Source: a virus. From it: a stretch of 6,158 bases of DNA. Positions 1 through 5,652 of this stretch are shown piece by piece. The stretch covers positions 1-6,158 of the IMG/VR virus record IMGVR_UViG_3300020041_000069, one strand, 5' to 3'. Both the position numbers and the translations under genes were made by a program. Each line of letters opens with the position of its first letter. Position 1 is the stretch's first letter. The notes beneath the pieces were generated by a model, which saw only the letters and a program-made list of their open reading frames with translations, was not told the origin of the DNA and did not search any database.

Positions 1-121
1 AAGTCGGAAAAATTATTCAATTTCTCCTCAAATGACGACGGGAGACCCTTGTGCCTCCGACAAATTCGCCATCTCTATTGTAAATTTCCTTCTCTTCGTC
101 ATAACCAACGGAAACAGGCTG
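1..121. repeat. Terminal redundancy, copy 1 (overlap from assembling a circular molecule)
   Basis: By direct reading, bases 1-121 (aagtcggaaaaattattcaattt...ggaaacaggctg) are identical to 6038-6158. Confidence 0.95.
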
Positions 122-1279
122 CTTCGTTATGGCCGTGCCGGCGACAGCCATAGCGCCAACCAAGGCAGTTCTAGCCAAGCTGTAACCAAACGCATTCTTT
201 TGAGATCGATTTTGAAACCAGCGACCTGAGAGGCCTTGTTGACCTTCCGAGGCTGCGAGACCCATTAATTTCTGATGAATCTGACGACCTGTCATCTTTA
301 TTGTATTACCAGTAGGCTTACCTTTCTCGTCAACTTCTGGAACGTCGACCTCAGAGTCCCAGTTCAGGGAAAACCACTCACGGAGATCAGCTAGGTTGAC
401 CTCACGTATTTCAGACTCAACATTTAAGACATCACCGGAGGCGGCAGACTCGTAAGCAGCCGCGTAATCTCGAGCTATTTGAGCGGCATAAACAGAATCA
501 AAGTATTTATCGTTGTACTTCTTAATCTGATTCGCTTCCTCAACGTGCTTCGAATACATGGCAACAAAATCTTGAAACTTATACGTAGCCATGAGATCAG
601 CGTATTCAGCATCGGCTGCGTGGATGTCAGCCAAAGCGCGATTAAGGCGAGTTAGTTCAGAAACATTGTTAATATTATGCTCTAAAGACTTCTTCTCCAA
701 CTCGTCCATTTCCTTTCGCCAATCAGCACTATGAGTATTGCCTCTCATAAGGGCAGCCTCAGCGTTATCACGATTGGCAGCAGCGTCGTTACGATCAACG
801 GACGAACGGGCAAGCATATTCTGCGCAATAGCTGTAGGATCACCGGGAACAAAAGAGCCGGGGCCGACAGGAGCGCCACCGGAAGGGCCAGAGGCGGAAG
901 GCGTAGATACAGAACCGCCCGACATCGTGGCATTAACGCCAACACCGGAAGAACCAAGTACGGCGGCAGGGGTCACACCAGCCTTCATGTAGCGGTCGAA
1001 AACCTTCGTAGGATCATTGTATGCATTCTCGTAATCAAACTGCTTCTGCCAATTAGCATAGGAAAGTTCAGACTGCTTCTGCATCTGCTCGAGAGCATAC
1101 TTTTGTTGGAGCTTCATCTGTTTTTGCTGAAATCTCCACTGGCGACGAGCGTTCATGCCGCCAAAAAGTTGACCTAAAAAGCCATTGATTAGACCGTTAG
1201 TACCAGTAGAGGCAGCGGATTCGCCGAGGGCACGACCAAAAGAAGCGGCGCCGGCGGCAGCAGCAACGGGAATAGCCAT
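17..1279 (-). CDS. VP2: VP2-type minor capsid / DNA pilot protein (420 aa)
   Basis: ATG at 1279-1277, TGA at 19-17. The N-terminus is Ala/Gly-rich and hydrophobic (MAIPVAAAAGAASFG...). A Gln/Lys-rich helical stretch follows (RRQWRFQQKQMKLQQKYALEQMQKQSELSYANWQKQFDYENAYNDPTKVFDRYMKAGV), which is typical of microvirus VP2/H pilot proteins. Next come a Gly/Ser/Pro linker (aa ~108-147) and a long helical, acidic region. The position after the capsid gene fits the VP1 -> VP2 -> VP4 cyclic order. Confidence 0.8.
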   Translation of the reverse strand: MAIPVAAAAGAASFGRALGESAASTGTNGLINGFLGQLFGGMNARRQWRFQQKQMKLQQKYALEQMQKQSELSYANWQKQFDYENAYNDPTKVFDRYMKAGVTPAAVLGSSGVGVNATMSGGSVSTPSASGPSGGAPVGPGSFVPGDPTAIAQNMLARSSVDRNDAAANRDNAEAALMRGNTHSADWRKEMDELEKKSLEHNINNVSELTRLNRALADIHAADAEYADLMATYKFQDFVAMYSKHVEEANQIKKYNDKYFDSVYAAQIARDYAAAYESAASGDVLNVESEIREVNLADLREWFSLNWDSEVDVPEVDEKGKPTGNTIKMTGRQIHQKLMGLAASEGQQGLSGRWFQNRSQKNAFGYSLARTALVGAMAVAGTAITKQPVSVGYDEEKEIYNRDGEFVGGTRVSRRHLRRN

Positions 1280-1280
1280 A

Positions 1281-1472
1281 CTACATGTGCGTTAAATTGT
1301 TAGAGCGAATAATGTAATCAACGCGAACAGTGTCGACGTGAACGCCGCTACGCTGCATCCTAGCTTGAGCGGCACATGAGGTAAGAAAAAAGGTGGCCAA
1401 GGCAGCAATAATAGACGAAACAAGTGTCCAAAAAGCCTTTGATTTATAGAATGGTTGTTTAACGTCTGACAT
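1281..1472 (-). CDS. Small predicted lipoprotein (63 aa; mature part about 31 aa), function unknown
   Basis: ATG at 1472-1470, TAG at 1283-1281, only 1 nt before the VP2 ATG. The sequence MSDVKQPFYKSK-AFWTLVSSIIAALATFFL-TSC-AAQ... has a Lys-rich n-region, a roughly 18-residue hydrophobic core and the lipobox L-T-S-C. The Cys is residue 33 (codon 1376-1374). This is a classic signal peptidase II signature. Confidence 0.6.
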   Translation of the reverse strand: MSDVKQPFYKSKAFWTLVSSIIAALATFFLTSCAAQARMQRSGVHVDTVRVDYIIRSNNLTHM

Positions 1473-1498
1473 AAGATTAGAAATTTAGGGGAAGCTAC

Positions 1499-1554
1499 GG
1501 TGCCGCACCCTCACTTCGTTCGGGGCGGTTCTCCGAACCGCGAAATGCGTCACC
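1499..1554 (-). other. Compound GC-rich stem-loop in the 230-nt intergenic region
   Basis: On the coding strand, GGTGACGCA (1554-1546) pairs with TGCGGCACC (1507-1499) with one mismatch. This encloses a perfect 7-bp hairpin, GCGGTTC-GGA-GAACCGC (1541-1525), flanked by TTCG/CGAA pairing. It lies in the 5' leader of the lipoprotein/VP2 gene pair. Confidence 0.5.
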
Positions 1555-1593
1555 TCGCCACAATGGTGTAAACAATTGAATAAAGAACGATAG

Positions 1594-1670
1594 AAAAATA
1601 CGCGGCCTCTCCTGCAGTCGTTACCAATAACCTTTCAGCAATTCACGAACTCTTGCAGAAGGGGTCCGCG
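1594..1670 (-). terminator. Candidate long imperfect hairpin plus T-run (possible terminator after the VP4-VP1-ORF98 block)
   Basis: On the coding strand, CGCGGACCCCTTCTGCA (1670-1654) pairs with TGCAGGAGAGGCCGCG (1616-1601). That gives about 15 pairs with 1 bulge, 1 mismatch and 1 G-U. TATTTTTCTA (1600-1591) follows. The apical loop is large (~35 nt), so this is not a textbook terminator. Confidence 0.3.
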
Positions 1671-1702
1671 CACGTAGCATATATCGTCAAGTAAAGAGGG
1701 TA

Positions 1703-1999
1703 CTATTTTTCTTCAGGATTAGAGGATTTTGTGGCAGGCCTCGACTTATCAAGCTGAGAATCAATCAATTCCTGACCGACTTCGAGGCCATCAAACTTAT
1801 CCATACGAGAAAACGAATTAGGATCGAAATCAATTTCAGGATTAAACCTTTCACCCTTCTCGAAATCAGAAGGTTCTGCCACTACATCCGGACGGCCGGG
1901 AAGAACGTCGACGGAACCGGAACCGTCGAGAACAGAAAGAATGCGTTGACCACGAGAAACGTAAGCTGGCGGGTCTTGTAATAACCAATCAAGAGGCAT
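1703..1999 (-). CDS. Small acidic protein (98 aa), possible internal scaffolding (VP3-like) protein
   Basis: ATG at 1999-1997, 11 nt after the VP1 stop; TAG at 1705-1703. By my count it has about 20 D/E versus 11 K/R and no hydrophobic segment. A same-strand gene directly after the capsid gene suggests an assembly or scaffold role, but I see no diagnostic motif. Confidence 0.45.
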   Translation of the reverse strand: MPLDWLLQDPPAYVSRGQRILSVLDGSGSVDVLPGRPDVVAEPSDFEKGERFNPEIDFDPNSFSRMDKFDGLEVGQELIDSQLDKSRPATKSSNPEEK

Positions 2000-2010
2000 A
2001 AGCGTAAATA

Positions 2011-3801
2011 TTAGCGATTAGACAACCGAGTTGCAAAAGTTTTGTTAACCAAATTCTTCTTTTGAACGGAATAGGAGAGATTGACAAAGAAATTATCTTC
2101 CAAATTAGACGCAAACGGAGAATTCACTTGGCTTATATCCGTAAACAAAAGCGAGTAATACGTATTATAGCTTGCAGACAAAACACGCTGCTGAACCCAA
2201 TAAGAATAAAGAGGAACATTGGATTTAGAGGTTTGAAAGCGAGACAACTGACCGAGAACCTCGTCATAGGAAGACCTAAACTCGTTAAAGCAAGGTTCGT
2301 AAGCCACGGCTTCTGAAGCGGATGTAGTTCCAAAACCGAACTGGAATCCCGGAACGTCTTGATATCCAATATCGTTGTAGATAGGATTGAAGTAATCGGC
2401 ACCGGTATAGTGAAGATAATCAGGGTAAACACCAGCCCAATAATAAACAGGTCGAATACTCAACATATCAATCATATAACCAGGCTCACGGAAATAATAA
2501 GATTGTCGCCGTCCTAACCGTTCATTAAAGGCGATAGCACCGCCCTGCTGCCCTAGAGGACCAGAAATATTCGGACTACCAAAATTACTTGGCCCTGCTT
2601 GATTCATGACAATCTGCACATTGACCGTCTGCGAAGCGCTGAATAGAAGTTTAGGGCGATCGACATGCTCGATTTTGGAAGCAAAGAACGTTTCCAACCA
2701 ATCACTGTAGCGACTACCGCCAGCGCCGAGCAGGTCCTTGTATTCTTGAAGGCGAGAAGCAATGGCCAACTGAGGAATGGTCGAAACACCAGCCATAGAA
2801 ACGCCCTCGGAAGAGCCGACAGGGAGCAGTCTACTATAACGATCGGGGTTCGAGGGTATAACAGCCATCGGATGAGCAACAAGAAAGGCGCCGAGATTAG
2901 TAACGGTCGTATCGGAAGGGACGACAGCAAACTGACTTGCAGGACCGGCAGACGACAATGTCAAGTTTCCAGGGTAAACAGTAGAAACGGGATAGCCGTT
3001 CTTAGAAGCAGAAATCGGAGTACCAAGGTCGGATAAAGCAATCTGCGAGAAAAGGTTTCCTCGGTTATACGTATTGTTCGAGGAAGGCACTGCCGAAGGA
3101 TAGAACTGACTCTCAAAATACGCATCCAGAAACTCAAGATTACCGAACCTCTGATTAAAGAATGACGACTCCGAGCGAAACTGAAGAACAGCGTACGAAG
3201 TACCAGCGGCGTTGGGCACAAAATACCAACTAGAAGGCCAGGCGAAAGAATAAATGCCCCACTGGGAATAGCTGTAAAAATTACGAACGATATCCCAATA
3301 GGCGAGATAAGAATCAGCGTTGCACCAACCCAAGGGATACGCCAACTGAGCTGCTGTGAGATTGGAAGTTACCGGAACGTTGCTCGAAGTCGGAGTCGGT
3401 ATAGAAGCGGGGATGATACGCAACCAACGAAGTAGCGAGTTGGAATAAGGATAATTGTTGGTCGTAAATTCATATGAGCCAGTAGACGAAGCGGCAACAA
3501 AATTCAAACTCAAATCGTTCATATCAAACTTACTGCTATTCGTTCTCATCTCGGGGTGATACAATTGAAGCGGCACCCAGAAACGATGAAGTCGAACAGT
3601 GTAAGGATTGAATGTCGGAACAGCGAGCGGGTTGCTACGAACGTCAATGCCCTGCTCGATAGAGACGCGATCGCGGGCATTAATAAAATCAATCCGCACC
3701 GGATATAGAATACCCGGTGTGCACGTAAAGGCCTTGCTTTCAGGAACATCATAGCGAGAGTAGCCATTTACAGCGTGTGAAATAAAAGGTTGTTTTCCCA
3801 T
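2011..3801 (-). CDS. VP1: Major capsid protein VP1 (F-protein family), 596 aa
   Basis: ATG at 3801-3799, 3 nt after the VP4 stop. It is the largest ORF. It carries blocks characteristic of microvirus capsids: RLHRFWVPLQL near the N-terminus, LQEYKDLLGAGGSRYSDWLETFF (the GSRY-type block) and EPGYMIDMLSIRPVYYW. Confidence 0.93.
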   Translation of the reverse strand: MGKQPFISHAVNGYSRYDVPESKAFTCTPGILYPVRIDFINARDRVSIEQGIDVRSNPLAVPTFNPYTVRLHRFWVPLQLYHPEMRTNSSKFDMNDLSLNFVAASSTGSYEFTTNNYPYSNSLLRWLRIIPASIPTPTSSNVPVTSNLTAAQLAYPLGWCNADSYLAYWDIVRNFYSYSQWGIYSFAWPSSWYFVPNAAGTSYAVLQFRSESSFFNQRFGNLEFLDAYFESQFYPSAVPSSNNTYNRGNLFSQIALSDLGTPISASKNGYPVSTVYPGNLTLSSAGPASQFAVVPSDTTVTNLGAFLVAHPMAVIPSNPDRYSRLLPVGSSEGVSMAGVSTIPQLAIASRLQEYKDLLGAGGSRYSDWLETFFASKIEHVDRPKLLFSASQTVNVQIVMNQAGPSNFGSPNISGPLGQQGGAIAFNERLGRRQSYYFREPGYMIDMLSIRPVYYWAGVYPDYLHYTGADYFNPIYNDIGYQDVPGFQFGFGTTSASEAVAYEPCFNEFRSSYDEVLGQLSRFQTSKSNVPLYSYWVQQRVLSASYNTYYSLLFTDISQVNSPFASNLEDNFFVNLSYSVQKKNLVNKTFATRLSNR

Positions 3802-3804
3802 AAA

Positions 3805-4875
3805 TTAAATAATTAGTTGAAGTTTATAATGATCCTGCCAGAATTGAAAAACATCCAAATCCAACCAGGTAGGAGGATCGAAATCCGGCATCCTACAAGA
3901 AGAAGCGGCGAAACGCATCATTTGCTTCTGCTCCCACGTATACGTCTCTCTACGGGATACGGAGGAATGGAGATTGAACCGCTCAACGCACAGAGACACA
4001 ATACGCTTAACCAGAGGAGACTTGCTAAAGCGTGCATAAGAATCAGCAGCGGTAATCGAGCGAGAAACTTCGTCTTCAGGTTTAAGATATTTAAGATAGT
4101 ATCGAGGAATCGAGTAGTTATAATTGATACGCTTCTCAAAGTCAAAGTAAGACCACGACGAAGTACGGGCAGAAGGACGAGGCATATAGCCAAGAAAATC
4201 GCCAACGCCAGCAGATACGAATTTTCGCGTATAACGGCGATGTTGGAGGAGGCAAGATAAAGGTGTAGACTTTCCATCTATAACGATATTTTGATTGGAT
4301 ATTTCTGCAGGGTTAAATTGAATTTGCTTAGTAACGTATTTGACGACGTATCGCGCACGTTGATGCGTGCCTTTCGCAAGCCAAACAAAACCAAGGTCAC
4401 GGACAGCTGCCCGAATTTCATTGTACAAACAATCGGTTCCAAAGAGAAAGCCGTGAAAATGAAGGCGAGGCGCCGACCCTGTCTCTGGATGGGTGCCAAA
4501 CTCCTGGAAAAATGCATGCTTAAAGGAGTGGCCGATCTTATGGCGCACTCGCTCATTCCATCGTCTAATAAACGCAGAAGGATTTCGCAGTGCTTCATCG
4601 TAATATTTAGGTGATATGGTTATTGTAATAAAAATAGCCTGTCGAGATTCGGCCTTACAACGAGCAAGCTCGCGCTCGAGACGGACGAACCAATCATTGC
4701 GTTGGCGGCGTAAGCACTCCTCGCACCTTCCGCAAGGGACCATGAGCCACTGGCGAGCGATGTCCCAGGGGCGAAGAGCCAAGGCGGACTTCGCAACATC
4801 AGAACCATTACGACAGGGATTCTTCTTGTCGAAATAGCGACGATTGCGTATCCATATGGGCGACAAACAAGGCAT
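3805..4875 (-). CDS. VP4: Replication initiator VP4 (rolling-circle HUH endonuclease, phiX A-protein superfamily), 356 aa from the first ATG
   Basis: RCR motif I is AIFITITI. Motif II (HUH) is RLHFHGFLF, with H-F-H encoded by 4461-4453 (cattttcac on the coding strand). Motif III is the double tyrosine YVVKYVTK (4350-4327). There is also a Cys cluster, PCGRCEECLRR. The ORF-track start at 4896 is a TTG. The first ATG (4875-4873) gives MPCLSPIWIRN... and overlaps the upstream ORF stop as TAATG. Confidence 0.93.
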   Translation of the reverse strand: MPCLSPIWIRNRRYFDKKNPCRNGSDVAKSALALRPWDIARQWLMVPCGRCEECLRRQRNDWFVRLERELARCKAESRQAIFITITISPKYYDEALRNPSAFIRRWNERVRHKIGHSFKHAFFQEFGTHPETGSAPRLHFHGFLFGTDCLYNEIRAAVRDLGFVWLAKGTHQRARYVVKYVTKQIQFNPAEISNQNIVIDGKSTPLSCLLQHRRYTRKFVSAGVGDFLGYMPRPSARTSSWSYFDFEKRINYNYSIPRYYLKYLKPEDEVSRSITAADSYARFSKSPLVKRIVSLCVERFNLHSSVSRRETYTWEQKQMMRFAASSCRMPDFDPPTWLDLDVFQFWQDHYKLQLII

Positions 4876-5075
4876 TATAGGAGACTTCTGAGGCAATCGA
4901 ACTTGATAGCAGGATGATCAAGACGACAGCGAATAAGATAATCACTAGCAGGTTCTTCATCGGAAAACCAAGCGATAACAACTCGTTTCTTGCCGCGATA
5001 TGCTCCAATGGAAAAGCGGTAGGGAACACTGTCAATCACAGGAGAAAAACGAGGACGAAAATCAAACTTATCCAT
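4875..5075 (-). CDS. Small hypothetical protein (66 aa), translationally coupled to VP4
   Basis: The first in-frame ATG is at 5075-5073 (MDKFDFRPRF...). Its TAA stop (4877-4875) shares one base with the VP4 ATG (TAATG). The ORF-track start at 5198 is a GTG, and that extension runs through GC-rich hairpins, so the short form is preferred. No recognisable motif. Confidence 0.45.
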   Translation of the reverse strand: MDKFDFRPRFSPVIDSVPYRFSIGAYRGKKRVVIAWFSDEEPASDYLIRCRLDHPAIKFDCLRSLL

Positions 5076-5094
5076 AATCAAGAGATAATACTTT

Positions 5095-5123
5095 GCGCTT
5101 CGAAAGACGGTACTTTCGAGCGC
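5095..5123. other. Hairpin (11 bp with one bulge, 6-nt loop)
   Basis: gcgcTtcgaaag (5095-5106), loop acggta, ctttcgagcgc (5113-5123). It lies just upstream of the 66-aa ORF on the coding strand. Confidence 0.5.
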
Positions 5124-5149
5124 GAAAACTATTTCGTTACGCCGCCCGA

Positions 5150-5183
5150 CGGCCTCAACGGCCGGGACGCTTCGCGTCTTCGG
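5150..5183. other. Cluster of GC-rich hairpins
   Basis: cggcc (5150-5154) / ggccg (5160-5164) with loop tcaac. gacgc (5166-5170) / gcgtc (5174-5178) with loop ttc, extendable by ccg (5162-5164) / cgg (5181-5183) across a small internal loop. This segment is visibly more GC-rich than the rest of the genome. Confidence 0.5.
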
Positions 5184-5198
5184 GCTCCATGGCTCCAC
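5183..5198. repeat. Tandem direct repeat ggctccaN x2
   Basis: ggctccat (5183-5190) is followed directly by ggctccac (5191-5198). It sits next to the hairpin cluster in non-coding sequence. Confidence 0.5.
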
Positions 5199-5211
5199 TC
5201 ATATTCTATAT

Positions 5212-5227
5212 ACCGGATAAATCCGGT
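5212..5227. other. Perfect inverted repeat accggat-aa-atccggt
   Basis: The 7-nt arms at 5212-5218 and 5221-5227 are exact reverse complements. On the coding strand an AT-rich TATATAGAATAT tract follows. Confidence 0.5.
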
Positions 5228-5239
5228 GAGGCTACGAGT

Positions 5240-5272
5240 AAAAAACCCCAGGGAGAGAAATTCTCCCGGGGG
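5240..5272 (-). terminator. Rho-independent terminator on the coding strand
   Basis: The coding strand reads CCCC-C-GGGAGA-ATTTC-TCTCCC-T-GGGG (5272-5246), a 10-bp GC-rich stem with one mismatch and a 5-nt loop. It is followed immediately by TTTTTT (5245-5240). It starts 45 nt downstream of the stop of the 5318-5641 ORF. There is no T-run on the other strand, so it is unidirectional. Confidence 0.75.
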
Positions 5273-5317
5273 CCTCGAAGTTAGAGAACTCTTCCACCGA
5301 GAGGACGAGTTACTACT

Positions 5318-5641
5318 TTACTTCCTCTTCCTTTCTTCTTTCGGCGCGCTTTCATCGCAATCAAGGTTAAAATCAAACATGAGGACAAGAGTATTGTCGA
5401 AAAAATCAACTCGGAAATGAGGTAAACTACCACAGGTGGTAACAAGATCGAAGACTTCCGAATGATCGACATAGAGCGAATCGCTAATGGACGAACTCTG
5501 CAAAAAACGCGCGATAGGGGTATCTTTAATGGCGCTGAAGGGGAGGGTTTCGAATTGATTATCCTTAAGGTAACCTACCTGAACGAAATCAATTTTAAGA
5601 GCCGGGTTAACTCGACGAATAACAACATGAATCTGCGTCAT
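5318..5641 (-). CDS. Hypothetical protein (107 aa), second gene of the accessory cassette
   Basis: The first ATG is at 5641-5639, 11 nt after the upstream stop; the ORF-track start at 5692 is a TTG. It begins MTQIHVVIRRVNPALKIDF... and ends in an acidic then basic tail, DCDESAPKEERKRK. The TAA is at 5320-5318. No motif I can assign. Confidence 0.55.
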   Translation of the reverse strand: MTQIHVVIRRVNPALKIDFVQVGYLKDNQFETLPFSAIKDTPIARFLQSSSISDSLYVDHSEVFDLVTTCGSLPHFRVDFFDNTLVLMFDFNLDCDESAPKEERKRK

Positions 5642-5652
5642 AACAATGTAAT

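Noticed and set aside
731-1177. Plus-strand ORFs antisense to VP2 (731-1177, 738-992), one with an Arg/Gly-rich stretch resembling a nucleic-acid-binding tail.
   Set aside because: They are antisense to a confidently coding region. They coincide with the GC-rich Gly/Ser/Pro/Ala codons of the VP2 linker, which naturally give stop-free Arg/Gly/Pro-rich antisense frames. Every other gene is on the minus strand.
1525-1541. GCGGTTCGGAGAACCGC on the coding strand superficially resembles a tRNA T-arm (GGTTCG...).
   Set aside because: The stem pairs right through the would-be T-loop, leaving a 3-nt loop. There is no acceptor, D or anticodon arm around it. It is a simple hairpin, not a tRNA.
2133-4598. 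A series of long same-strand overlapping ORFs lies inside VP1 and VP4 (2133-2432, 2604-2930, 2961-3221, 3546-3767, 3918-4277, 4278-4598; also 745-957 in VP2). Several have transmembrane-like hydrophobic stretches, which recalls the overprinted phiX genes E, K and B.
   Set aside because: All of them sit in the same +1 frame relative to the host gene. Codons in this genome end overwhelmingly in T or C, which removes NTA/NTG codons and therefore depletes stops in the +1 frame genome-wide. T-rich second positions in that frame then automatically encode hydrophobic residues. The pattern is explained by composition. Without conservation evidence, none can be called a gene.
4900-4908. AACTTGATA is a 9-nt match to the core of the phiX174 origin nick site (CAACTTG/ATATTAATAAC), located at the 5' end of the Rep gene region.
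   Set aside because: The match is on the plus strand of this window, which is the complement of the coding (viral) strand, whereas the Rep nick in phiX174 is on the viral strand. The flanks do not match the rest of the 30-nt origin. A 9-mer match on either strand of 6 kb is not vanishingly rare (roughly a few percent). It is worth remembering only if the nicking strand assumption proves wrong.
5063-5070. A second TAnnTTTG (-7 box) match, TAAGTTTG, just upstream of the Rep block.
   Set aside because: No TTTG lies 19-21 nt upstream of it. It falls within codons 2-4 of the 66-aa ORF. The similar isolated matches inside VP1 (2580-2587, 3525-3532) show that the 6-nt-specified motif occurs by chance in this A/T-biased genome.
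5076-5198. A GTG-initiated extension of the 66-aa ORF (the 107-aa form); likewise the TTG extension of VP4 (4876-4896) and the TTG extension of the 5318-5641 ORF (5642-5692).
   Set aside because: These are simply the most upstream alternative start codons in open frames. In each case the first ATG gives a compact junction with the neighbouring gene (TAATG overlap or an 11-nt gap). The 5076-5198 extension would have to be translated through a dense cluster of GC hairpins.
4914-5420. A 168-aa plus-strand ORF spans the non-coding region.
   Set aside because: It runs antisense through the 66-aa ORF, all the hairpins, the intrinsic terminator and the end of the 5318-5641 ORF. Its sequence is low-complexity and basic. 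It is also on the strand opposite to every supported gene in a family that has unidirectional coding.
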